Shown piece after piece: positions 51,601-59,778 of a DNA stretch of 64,000 bases. The stretch covers positions 5,867 to 69,866 of the forward strand of contig CACXSA010000002.1 in NCBI GenBank assembly GCA_902770195.1. Reading direction: 5' to 3'. Position numbers and translations under genes: made by a program. The notes beneath the pieces are model-generated. The model saw only the letters and a program-made list of their open reading frames with translations. It did not search any database and was not told the DNA's origin. Numbering within the stretch: the first letter of the stretch is position 1; the number at the start of each line of letters is the position of its first letter. Origin of the DNA: an uncultured Prevotellaceae bacterium (lineage in GTDB: Bacteria; Bacteroidota; Bacteroidia; Bacteroidales; Bacteroidaceae).

Positions 51601-54600
51601 ATGTTGTCGGGGTGCTGTTCCACCTGCTTCCGGAACAGTGATACGATGGTTTGCGTATCGTCGTAGGATACGTCTGTCTGGTTGAAGCTGTCCAGCAGCA
51701 TTGTCTGCTTATCATCCAGCAGCGACACGCTCTTCAGCGGTAATGTGGGATTGCTGATAAAGGCATAGGCGGCATTGGCAATGGATTGTGCCAGACACTC
51801 CATCAGTTCGTGGCTGTAGCGTCCATTGTCGTATTGCAGGCATATACTTGGCTGTCCCGACTCGTCGTTCATGATGTAAAGGGCAATGCGGAACTTAGGT
51901 GTCTCCGTCTCGAAGGTCTCCACGGCAATCGTCTCCCCCTTGAACTTATAGTCGTCGATGATGCCCATCTGATAGGCGAACATGATTTCTGCGGTGAGGT
52001 CGTAGTCGGCAGCAATGCGTGCAAACGGATACGACTCGTGCTGCAGCGTCTCGTCGAAGTTCTTGCTGGTCTCGTTGAGGAACTCCATGACACTCTGTTC
52101 ACCTATCTCGGCACTCAGTGCCAGTGTATTGACGAACATACCCACCGTATTGCTGATGCGTAGGTCTGAGCGTCCGTTGCTGATGGTGGTGATGCACAGC
52201 TGCTCGTTGTTGGTGAATCGCGAAAGGGTGTAGAAGGTGGCGGCCAGTAGGTGATGTGCTGGCGAGATATTGTGCTGGCGACAGAATTTATCGATGGCAG
52301 CCAGATCCAATGGTGTATACAGGGTGCCCAGGGTACCCTGTTCCTTGGGGTTGGTCAGGTCCGACGGGACTTCCGTCACACCCTCCAATTTCCCCAGACG
52401 TTCCTGGAAGAAATCGCGGGCAGCAGCATATTCAGGACTGCTCTCTGCGGCCTTCTGTGCTGCCACGAAGTCGGCATAGGTGAAACTCTCGGATTCAATC
52501 TCCTTGCCGTTGAGCAGGTCGAACAACTGCGACAGCAGCAGGTCGAAGGAACCGCCGTCCACCACGAGGTGATGGATATCCATCATCAGGTACACCCACT
52601 GCCCGGTGGTGACAATCTCTATGCGATAGAGCGGTCCTTGCCTCAGATTGAAGGGCTTCACGAACTCCCACTTGTAATGGGGTATATCTTCCTCGCGACA
52701 TTGGCTCCTGGCTATCTCGACAGGCTGTTCGAGGTCTACAATCTGTATGATATCAGACCCTGCACTGCCAAAATGAGACTGCAGCATGGGATGTGTCTTG
52801 ACGAGGGTCTCCACAGCCTTGGTCAGCAGGTTGATGTCCACATCCTTGGGGAAGCGTGCTATGACCGGTGTATTATATATGGTAGATTCCGGGTGTTTGA
52901 CAGAATCCACGTAGACACCCATCTGTGCGTAGGACAGCGGTATGTTGTTCATGTCGGCATGTGCCGTTTCTGCTGCCTCCTGCTTGGCGCCGCCGCTCAT
53001 CAGGGCGGTCAGGATCTCGTTCTCTATGCTCTGTATGCTGCCCGTCTTGGCCAGTGCCTTCGAGTCCAGCGTTACGCCAAAGCGTTTGTTGATCTGGATG
53101 GCCAGTTTGATGGACATGATAGAGGTCAGTCCTACATAGCCCAGCACGGTTGTTACGCCAAAGTCCTCGGTGTTGATAATCTGTGCGATGATGCCGTGGA
53201 TTTCCTTCTCCAGCACGTTCATCGGCACATTGCTCTCTTCCTCTACCGCAGCAGCTTTCTTCTCCGGTTTCGGCAGGGCTTTCTTGTTCACCTTCTGGTT
53301 CTGGTTCAGCGGGATGGCTTCTATCTGCATTGTAACGGCAGGCACCATGTAAGGCGGTTTCTCGTCGAGGATGAAGTTGTTCAGTGCCTCGATGTCTATC
53401 TCCTCGTCGCTGACGATGTAGGCTGCGATGAACTTGCCGCCGCCCTCCTCTTCGAAGGCCTGCACCGTGGCATCCTTGATGCCGGGGAACTGGCGGATGA
53501 CAGCCTCTACCTCCGTGAGCTCGACACGGAAGCCGCGAATCTTCACTTGTCCGTCCTGACGGCCCACAAACTGGATATTGCCGTCCGACAGATAGCGGAC
53601 AATGTCTCCGCTCTTGTATATCCTGTTATATTTGCTTTCATCGCAGAAGGGGTTCGTGACGAACACCTCTTCTGTTTTCTCCGGACGGTTCAGATAGCCG
53701 CGGGCCACCTGAGGACCGGCAATCCACAGTTCGCCGCTGGCACCGACGGGCAACCGGTGGCCTTGCGGGTCAACGATATAAAGTCTGCAGTTCTCTATGG
53801 CTGCACCGATGGGGATATTCTGCTGCCTGCCTTTCAGCCAGTAGGACGTTACATAGCAGATGGTCTCCGAGGGACCATAGGCATTCATGACACGATAGTT
53901 CTGTGGTGGTGTCAGCGAAGCCAGTTTCTCTCCTCCCGTCAACAGCGCCTGCAATGAATGGTTCTCGATGCTGGTGGCAAACTGATAGGCCACCTGCGTG
54001 GTCATAAATGCGTGGGTGATGCGGTTCTCCTCGAAATAGTCGTTCAGCGCCAGCAGATCCAGGCGCAGTTCCTCGGGGATGATGTGCAGCTCGGCACCAA
54101 TCGTCAGCGTTGCGTAAATCTCCATCGGCGATGCGTCGAAGCCGAAGCTGGCATAGGATGTTACACGACTTTCTGAGGTGATATTGGCGTTCCTCTGGTG
54201 CATCAGGCAGAAGGCAACCCAGTTACGGTGCTCAGACATACCGCCCTTGGGCACACCTGTGGAGCCGCTGGTATAGACGAGTGTGAACAGGCTGTCGGGC
54301 TTCGGTCCCTTCGGCAACGTCCCGACAGCGGGCAGCTGCACGAGGTCCTTCGTAAAGATGACGTCGCCCTGGTATTCGTCCACAATGGGACGCAACTCCT
54401 CGTCGGCTATCAGCAACCGTGCGCCGGTATCCTGCATCATAAAGTTCAGGCGCTCCTTCGGATAGGTAGGGTCCAGTGGCTGGAAGGCGCAGCCTGCCTT
54501 GATGACGCCCAGCGAGGCGATGGCCATCCATTCCGAGCGGGGTATCAGAACGGCAACGATATCCTCCCGTCCCAGTCCTTTCGATGCGATATAGCCCGCG

Positions 54601-55427
54601 ATGCGGTCGCTCATATCATCCAGCTGGGCGTAGGTAAACCGCTTATCCTTATAGACAACGGCTGTTTTGTCGGGCGTTGCCTTGGCCTGACGGCGGAACA
54701 TCGATACGATGGTCTGCGTATCATCGTAGGGAACGTCCGTCTGGTTGAAGCTGTCCAGCAGGGCTGTCTGGCTCTCCGTCGTAATGTCTATGTCGCACAG
54801 GTTGGCCTGAGTGAGGAAACCCTCCAGGGTGGCCTCGTAGCTCTCCAGGAACTGACTGATCAGCTGCTCCGAATATTGATTGGCATGATATGCTGCCTCT
54901 GCAAAACATTTGCCGTCTTTAGCGGAAACCATGACATAGAGAGGAACATCTAATTCTGCAAAGTCATTCGCCTTACCGTTCCAAGCAAAGTATGAACCAA
55001 TCTGCAGCCTCAGGTCGCTCAAAATATCCATAATGGAGTATGACTTATGTTCGCGACAACCCTTCGTCAGCTCCTCTATAGATTTCAGAAAGTCATGCAC
55101 CTCAGTGTCATTGGCAAACTTCGCATAAATGGGGAAAGCCTCCGGCTGTTGCCCGTTTGCATCATCACGGTCAACGATACCGAACAACACCTCTTGGTCA
55201 TTGTTGTATTTTGCCAAGAGGTAACTATATACACCCGTGAAGAAAGTACTCTTAAAGATGCCATGCTCCTTGCAAAAAGCCTCAATAGCATCAATACTAA
55301 CACTCATTTGGCGAGACAAATTACCCACCTTTGTCTCTATGCCTTCTAAATCAGGTATCAGTTGACTGAAGGTGTCGCTGCAGTCAAAGTTCTGAGCATA
55401 CCACTGTTTGCTTTCCGAATTTTCCAT
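48699..55427 (-). CDS. Non-ribosomal peptide synthetase: partial C - A - T - C - A - T - terminal thioester reductase
   Basis: Two YTSGSTGxPKG / YGPxE / QVKIRGFRxEL A domains; carriers GLTS and FFELGGTSL; C domain HHLVVDG; reductase TGATGYLG and YIHSK. Confidence 0.95.
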   Translation of the reverse strand: MENSESKQWYAQNFDCSDTFSQLIPDLEGIETKVGNLSRQMSVSIDAIEAFCKEHGIFKSTFFTGVYSYLLAKYNNDQEVLFGIVDRDDANGQQPEAFPIYAKFANDTEVHDFLKSIEELTKGCREHKSYSIMDILSDLRLQIGSYFAWNGKANDFAELDVPLYVMVSAKDGKCFAEAAYHANQYSEQLISQFLESYEATLEGFLTQANLCDIDITTESQTALLDSFNQTDVPYDDTQTIVSMFRRQAKATPDKTAVVYKDKRFTYAQLDDMSDRIAGYIASKGLGREDIVAVLIPRSEWMAIASLGVIKAGCAFQPLDPTYPKERLNFMMQDTGARLLIADEELRPIVDEYQGDVIFTKDLVQLPAVGTLPKGPKPDSLFTLVYTSGSTGVPKGGMSEHRNWVAFCLMHQRNANITSESRVTSYASFGFDASPMEIYATLTIGAELHIIPEELRLDLLALNDYFEENRITHAFMTTQVAYQFATSIENHSLQALLTGGEKLASLTPPQNYRVMNAYGPSETICYVTSYWLKGRQQNIPIGAAIENCRLYIVDPQGHRLPVGASGELWIAGPQVARGYLNRPEKTEEVFVTNPFCDESKYNRIYKSGDIVRYLSDGNIQFVGRQDGQVKIRGFRVELTEVEAVIRQFPGIKDATVQAFEEEGGGKFIAAYIVSDEEIDIEALNNFILDEKPPYMVPAVTMQIEAIPLNQNQKVNKKALPKPEKKAAAVEEESNVPMNVLEKEIHGIIAQIINTEDFGVTTVLGYVGLTSIMSIKLAIQINKRFGVTLDSKALAKTGSIQSIENEILTALMSGGAKQEAAETAHADMNNIPLSYAQMGVYVDSVKHPESTIYNTPVIARFPKDVDINLLTKAVETLVKTHPMLQSHFGSAGSDIIQIVDLEQPVEIARSQCREEDIPHYKWEFVKPFNLRQGPLYRIEIVTTGQWVYLMMDIHHLVVDGGSFDLLLSQLFDLLNGKEIESESFTYADFVAAQKAAESSPEYAAARDFFQERLGKLEGVTEVPSDLTNPKEQGTLGTLYTPLDLAAIDKFCRQHNISPAHHLLAATFYTLSRFTNNEQLCITTISNGRSDLRISNTVGMFVNTLALSAEIGEQSVMEFLNETSKNFDETLQHESYPFARIAADYDLTAEIMFAYQMGIIDDYKFKGETIAVETFETETPKFRIALYIMNDESGQPSICLQYDNGRYSHELMECLAQSIANAAYAFISNPTLPLKSVSLLDDKQTMLLDSFNQTDVSYDDTQTIVSLFRKQVEQHPDNIAVVYHDLHLTYREVDEQSERIAQYVHSLGLGGEDVVSILIPRSKWMVVASMGVLKAGCAYQPLDPSYPKERLNFMMQDADAKLLISDEELRPIVDEYQGKVLLTKDIEKLPNTPITQSISITPSSLFILLYTSGSTGLPKGCQLEHGNLVAFCHWYHRYYGLKPEHKVAAYASYGFDACMMDMYSALTCGAAVYIIGEDIRLNLPDLNEYFNHEGITHSFMTTQVGCQFAMNFDNHSLHHLSVGGEKVLPLTPPTAYQLHNGYGPTECTIFTTTYPMKEFEQNAPIGKPLDNIRLYVVDKQLNRLPVGAVGELWVSGPQVSRGYLNRPEKTAEVYISNPFVGGDISKYSRCYRTGDIVRYLPDGNIQFVGRRDGQVKIRGFRIELKEVEAVIREFPGIKDATVQAFDYENGGKFIAAYIVSDEQVDIKELNTFIGKQKPSYMIPAATMQIDSIPLNQNQKVNRKALPTPVVQAVDHEYVEPTNEVEKFFCQVFCDILSMEKAGATDNFFELGGTSLMVTKVIIEADKAGYHVAYGDVFTHPTPRMLAQFVSGETSTDETDVSVTDFDYTGIDALLQQNNIDTFHKGERQSLGHVLLTGATGYLGIHVLRELIDSDATTITCLVRGQDQKAAERRLKNLLFYYFETSFKELIGTRLFVVNGDVTQDFTEIVNCQLSTVNSKIDTVFNCAANVKHYSKGTDIEDVNIGGAQRCVEYCLKTGARLVHISTTSVAEIWIDRGDGSQVPSLNERKLWFGQFLDNRYIHSKFLAERLVLDAVVHHGLSAKIMRVGNLAPRSYDGEFQANFNSNSYMGRLKVFHMLGCCPYDSYDELTEMSPIDQTAKAVVLLASTPKSCTVFQPFNNHSELLGDVLQLMKKVGREIRFVENGEFEKAVDVAGQDPEKAKLLSAILAYQDIAHGQKAVIIERDNHYTCNVLHRLGFQWSDTAWDYVERLLVAISGFGYFDEKS

Positions 55428-55451
55428 ATCTTATCTGGTTATTATTATAAA

Positions 55452-55746
55452 CTAAAAAACATTCATTGATTCAAGTAAGGTGATGATGATGACGATAGGC
55501 ACTACCCACCGCAGAATGGTTAAGTAGAGGAATGACATCACTCGTGAGCCCTGATACCTTGCCTATTAAAAAGTCATTCATCACTAAAGGCAGGCCGAAT
55601 ATTAGGGAACATGCCACATAAAGTATAATGAAAGCTCCACCACCATTTTCACCTACGACGTAGGGGAACTTCCATATACTGCCCAACCCTACAGCACTAC
55701 CTGCAGCAGCCAGCAATACTCCAATTTTTGATGAAAAAGAAGCCAT
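55452..55746 (-). pseudogene. Internally deleted sodium:neurotransmitter-symporter (NSS/SNF) family amino-acid transporter
   Basis: N-terminus AGSAVGLGSIWKFPY..GENGGGAF is intact for about 66 codons. Another frame then gives a C-terminal helix SFLYLTILRWVVPIVIIITLLESMNVF* ending at 55452. Confidence 0.85.
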
Positions 55747-55770
55747 TTCTAGTTTGTTTTTGTTTTTTGT

Positions 55771-57060
55771 TTAGTTTTTAGTTGTCATGATGTCCAGTAT
55801 CATTTCATCAGTCTTGCACATGGCATCAGCCCCGATACTCGTCAGGTTATGGATACTCCTGTCCACATCGTCGTCAACGATACCCTCCGACGCACTGACA
55901 CACTTGCCCTCCATGGCCAGCAGTGCCGACAGTAAGGCGGTGGAAACACCCGATGTTATCTTCAGTGAGCACGAAGGCTTGGCACCGTCGCATATCATGC
56001 CCGTCAGATTAGCTATCATATTCTTCACCGATGCACAGATGCGTTCATACTCACCGCCCATCAGGTAGGTGATGCCACAGCTGCTGCCGATGCTCGCCAC
56101 CACACAGCCGCATAGTGCCGACAGTTTTCCCAACGACTGCTTGATGTATATGGCAGTCAGATGACTCAGCATCAAGGCACGGATCAGTTCCTCTTCGGTA
56201 TTCTCGTTCTCCTTGGCATAGACACAGACGGGATTGGTGGCACAGATGCCCTGGTTGCCACTGCCGCTGTTCGACATTACCGGAATCATAGCACCACCCA
56301 TGCGGGCGTCACATGCCGATGCCGTCCGGGAGATGATGTGACAATAGATACTGTCACCGAAGATGCCCTTCGACAGCGGACGTTCTATGCTCTTGCCGAG
56401 GTTATGGCCGTAGTTGCCCTTCAGTGCCTCACGTGCCGCATTCATATTATAGGTGCGGGCTTCCATGATGAAACTGATTTCATCCAACGGTGCCGTTGTG
56501 GCAAAGTCATACACCAGCCGCAGGTTCAGGGTAACATCATCACTCTTAATGTTCCCCTCGCCCTTTGGAGAGGGGTTAGGGGTGAGGCCTGTAGGGGTGA
56601 GGCTCTCCTCAACGAATCGGGTATGTCCCCCTGCAATAACCGCCGAAGCCCTCTTGTCTCCCGCGGTGCAGATAATCTCCACATACAATTTCTCGCTGAT
56701 GCCCTCCTTCTGCTTGATAGCGATGCGGTTTTCAGCAATAAATCTCTTGCCCTCCTCCAGCGTCTCGGGAGTCAGGTCTTTGAGCACCTCCAGCTGATAG
56801 TCGCTCTTGCCGATGATGGCGCCTAAGGCGATGGCAATTGGCAGTCCCAGCATACCCGTTCCGGGAATACCCACACCCATCGCGTTCTTCAGGATGTTGG
56901 CACTCAGCAAAGCCTCTATCTTCTCGGGACGGCAGCCCAGCTTCTCGGTAGCCTTTGCCGTACACAGTGCCACACACATCGGCTCGGTACAGCCTATGGC
57001 GGGCACCACCTCACGATGCACCATCGCGATAATCTGGTCTCTTAGCTCTTTTTCTATCAT
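55771..57060 (-). CDS. Serine dehydratase alpha-like / L-cysteine desulfidase (YhaM-like) family protein
   Basis: PAIGCTEP, NILKNAMGVGIPG, DARMGG..PVMSNSGSGNQG, LSALCGC and GMICDGAKPSCSLK motifs. Confidence 0.88.
   Translation of the reverse strand: MIEKELRDQIIAMVHREVVPAIGCTEPMCVALCTAKATEKLGCRPEKIEALLSANILKNAMGVGIPGTGMLGLPIAIALGAIIGKSDYQLEVLKDLTPETLEEGKRFIAENRIAIKQKEGISEKLYVEIICTAGDKRASAVIAGGHTRFVEESLTPTGLTPNPSPKGEGNIKSDDVTLNLRLVYDFATTAPLDEISFIMEARTYNMNAAREALKGNYGHNLGKSIERPLSKGIFGDSIYCHIISRTASACDARMGGAMIPVMSNSGSGNQGICATNPVCVYAKENENTEEELIRALMLSHLTAIYIKQSLGKLSALCGCVVASIGSSCGITYLMGGEYERICASVKNMIANLTGMICDGAKPSCSLKITSGVSTALLSALLAMEGKCVSASEGIVDDDVDRSIHNLTSIGADAMCKTDEMILDIMTTKN
56554..56604. repeat. 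REP-like palindrome inserted in frame (SLTPTGLTPNPSPKGEG)
   Basis: CCCCTCGCCC-TTT-GGAGAGGGG hairpin plus duplicated TAGGGGTGAGGC. Confidence 0.75.
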
Positions 57061-57148
57061 AGTTGTCTGTGTTGAAGGTACCACTCGGCATCCCACGAAG
57101 GGTGACGCTTGGCGAAGCAAGAAAGCGACCCAAGGTCGAGCGCGGGCT

Positions 57149-57451
57149 TTACTCGAATTCAAAAATATTGATGAAACCGGTCAGTTGGAAAACATTCTTG
57201 ATGTCTTCGTTTACATTGCGCAGCACGACCTTGCTGCCTACCGCCTTGGCACCCTTCAGGATGCTGAGCAGGATGCGCAAGCCGCTGGATGCGATATATT
57301 CCAAGTCTTTGCATTCGATAATGACATCCTTGCCGTTACTCTCGTAGAGCGGCTTCAGCAATTCCTCAACCTCTGTAGCTGCTGCGGTGTCCATCTCTCC
57401 TTCTAGTGTGGCAACATACTTGCCGTCCTTTTCTTCAACTTTTACGTTCAT
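57149..57451 (-). CDS. STAS domain anti-sigma factor antagonist (RsbV/SpoIIAA-like)
   Basis: LEGEMDT and LEYIASSGLRILL (phosphoacceptor Ser) motifs. Confidence 0.93.
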   Translation of the reverse strand: MNVKVEEKDGKYVATLEGEMDTAAATEVEELLKPLYESNGKDVIIECKDLEYIASSGLRILLSILKGAKAVGSKVVLRNVNEDIKNVFQLTGFINIFEFE

Positions 57452-57476
57452 AGTACAATAAAGATTTAAATAGTTG

Positions 57477-59648
57477 TTATTTCAAATTCTTGATCAGTGT
57501 CAGTACATTCTTTCCGTCCGTCCGCTCGTAGTTGATGCTGTCCATCAGTTCGCGCAACAGCAGGATACCCAGTCCCCCTATCTGCCGGTCTTCAACAGAT
57601 AGTGACGTGTCAGTCTTCTGCTTGGCTGTAGGGTCAAAGGCAACACCCTCGTCGATAATCTGGAAGTGGAGGGCGTGCCCGTTAAACAACATATTGATGG
57701 TAATGTCACCCTTCGTTTCTGCCGGGTAGGCATAGTTTATCACGTTCACTACAGCCTCCTCTACCGCCAGTTGCAATTTCTTGGCTAGCGAGGCATCGAT
57801 GTCCAACTTCCCGACAGCCGATTTTATAAATTCGCTGAACCGCTTGATCTCATGGATGTCATTCTTGATGGTGAGCGTCTCCGTCATCGAACTCATAAAC
57901 TGCTGGGGCGTATATCGTATCACCAGCATCGTCAGGTCGTCGCTCTGCTCGGCACCCTTTACGAAATCATCCACACCTTCAGTGATGGTCTCCAGTATCT
58001 CGTATGGATTCCGCTCTGTGCTTCCCCGAAGCGCCTCCTGTACGCGCTTTAATCCAAACTGCCTGCGTGCCCGGTTCTTGGCTTCCGTCAGTCCGTCGGT
58101 ATAGAGGAAGATGATGCTTTCGGGCTGCAGCGTCAGCGACTGGACACCATACTGCACGTCGTCAAACACACCGAGGGGTAGGTGGGTGGCGACATCTACC
58201 ATCTTATATTCACCGTTCTCCATAATGATCGGTGCGTCGTGCCCCGCATCGCAGTAGCGCAGATTTCCCGTAGGCAGGTCTAGCACGCCGATGAACATGG
58301 TGACAAACATGTTCGTGTCGTTGCCGCGGCATGACGTTTCGTTGATGGTCTGCATGATGCGGGCGGGATTGCTTTCGTAGGCTGAGGCTGAACGGAACAG
58401 AGCATGGATGACAGCCATCAGTATGGCGGAGGGAGCACCCTTGCCGCTGACGTCGCCGATGCAGAAGAACAGCTTCCCGTCGCGGATGAAGTAATCGTAG
58501 ATGTCGCCACCCACCTCACGGGCAGGCTTCAGGAAACCAGCCAGTTCCACATCCTCGGCGTCCAGCTCTCCTTGCGGCAACAAGCTCTGCTGTATCTGAC
58601 TGGCCATCTGCAGCTCGCTGTCTATGCGCTCCTTCTCGGCATTAACCCTTCTCAGGTGCTTCAAGTTGTTTGAACTACGCCATACGATAAGCCATGCAAA
58701 GAACAGGCCGATAATTAGCGGCAGCATCATCATCATCTGCATGGAGCGCAGTCTGCCAAAGACCTCACCGTCGTCCACGATATTGATAAGCACCCAGTCC
58801 GTCTTACCGCCTACAGGGGTATAGAACACATGCCGCTTCACACCATTTTTCGACGTCATCAGAACGTAGCCGTTCTTGTCGCTGTCAGCCTTCAATATCT
58901 GGAGTGCCTCCTCGAACACAGGACTCACCGTGCCTGCCAGCATGTTATAGTTGCTCGTCACCAGAAAACGCTGCGTCGATTTATAGACCTTCTCCTCATT
59001 CATCACATCCTCCAGCCAGTTCGTTGCAATGTCGGCAAACACAACACCCACTATCCGGTTACTGCTGTTGCGTATCGGAGTACTGTACGTCGTTATCAGC
59101 GTCCTGTCGTCGGTATGGTTCACATACGGCTCACTCCAGTGTGACGCCCCCTTTTCCACCGGAACACGGAAATACTCCTTTTTCGTATGATCCTCACCGT
59201 CCCTTCCCACCTGCAGCGTCATGATCGTATCACCACCCCTGCGCACCGCGTATGGCTCGAAGAACCTGCCCTCCCTCGAATAGTAGTTAGGCACAAACGC
59301 CACACCACTACCCCAGAACGAAGGGTTGTTGCTGAGCATCCGCTTGGACAGGTCGAACATCCATTTAGGTTCCTCCAGACTTTCGCTCACCACCCACGAC
59401 ATGTTGTCGATGGTCACCTCCACATTAGCCAGCTTGTTGCGAATACACAGGTAGATGGCGTTCATCTCCACACCCACCATCCGTTCCATCGTCCTTTGGA
59501 TGAAGTTCTGGGCAGAATAGAACATAAAGCCCGTCATCAGCTCCATCAGCAATACTGCCGAGATGATGATGGTCAGACTCGTGTTGGCCTTCATAAAGCG
59601 AGCAAAACGCTTCCGCCAACCATTACCGGTTGCTGCCGTTTTATCCAT
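57477..59648 (-). CDS. Membrane sensor: Cache domain - PP2C/SpoIIE phosphatase - RsbW-like serine kinase
   Basis: Two TMs around a WSEPY Cache domain; VGGDIYD, GDVSGKG, YTDGLTEA and DDLT; then EEAVVNVINYAY, DEGVAFDP and GGLGI. Confidence 0.92.
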   Translation of the reverse strand: MDKTAATGNGWRKRFARFMKANTSLTIIISAVLLMELMTGFMFYSAQNFIQRTMERMVGVEMNAIYLCIRNKLANVEVTIDNMSWVVSESLEEPKWMFDLSKRMLSNNPSFWGSGVAFVPNYYSREGRFFEPYAVRRGGDTIMTLQVGRDGEDHTKKEYFRVPVEKGASHWSEPYVNHTDDRTLITTYSTPIRNSSNRIVGVVFADIATNWLEDVMNEEKVYKSTQRFLVTSNYNMLAGTVSPVFEEALQILKADSDKNGYVLMTSKNGVKRHVFYTPVGGKTDWVLINIVDDGEVFGRLRSMQMMMMLPLIIGLFFAWLIVWRSSNNLKHLRRVNAEKERIDSELQMASQIQQSLLPQGELDAEDVELAGFLKPAREVGGDIYDYFIRDGKLFFCIGDVSGKGAPSAILMAVIHALFRSASAYESNPARIMQTINETSCRGNDTNMFVTMFIGVLDLPTGNLRYCDAGHDAPIIMENGEYKMVDVATHLPLGVFDDVQYGVQSLTLQPESIIFLYTDGLTEAKNRARRQFGLKRVQEALRGSTERNPYEILETITEGVDDFVKGAEQSDDLTMLVIRYTPQQFMSSMTETLTIKNDIHEIKRFSEFIKSAVGKLDIDASLAKKLQLAVEEAVVNVINYAYPAETKGDITINMLFNGHALHFQIIDEGVAFDPTAKQKTDTSLSVEDRQIGGLGILLLRELMDSINYERTDGKNVLTLIKNLK

Positions 59649-59725
59649 GTTGCTCTTTAGTTCTTACGTTAGCGCTTAGGGGCTTTTAGTCTTTATAATC
59701 TCGTCAAGATTTAATTTATTGCCGA

Positions 59726-59733
59726 CAAAGATA
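59726..59733 (-). promoter_or_regulatory. -7 promoter element (TATCTTTG) of the sensor-STAS-NRPS operon, with TTTG -33 element at 59754-59757
   Basis: Consensus TTTG-N20-TAnnTTTG. Confidence 0.65.
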
Positions 59734-59778
59734 AGAAATAATCTGAACAAAAGCAAAATAAATCCGATTTTTTCTCTA

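Noticed and set aside
52251-53957. 568-aa plus-strand ORF and other long ORFs antisense to the NRPS, SusC, PL1 and LRR genes
   Set aside because: They lie antisense to well-supported genes and have no recognisable motifs; they are shadow ORFs from codon bias
55471-55500. His-rich tail (RHHHHLT) as a metal-binding peptide
   Set aside because: It is an out-of-frame reading of the ATC-rich (Ile) final helix of the deleted transporter
57082-57148. tRNA gene
   Set aside because: Multi-arm fold but no TTCRA T-loop, D-loop consensus or proper acceptor stem; kept only as a structured element
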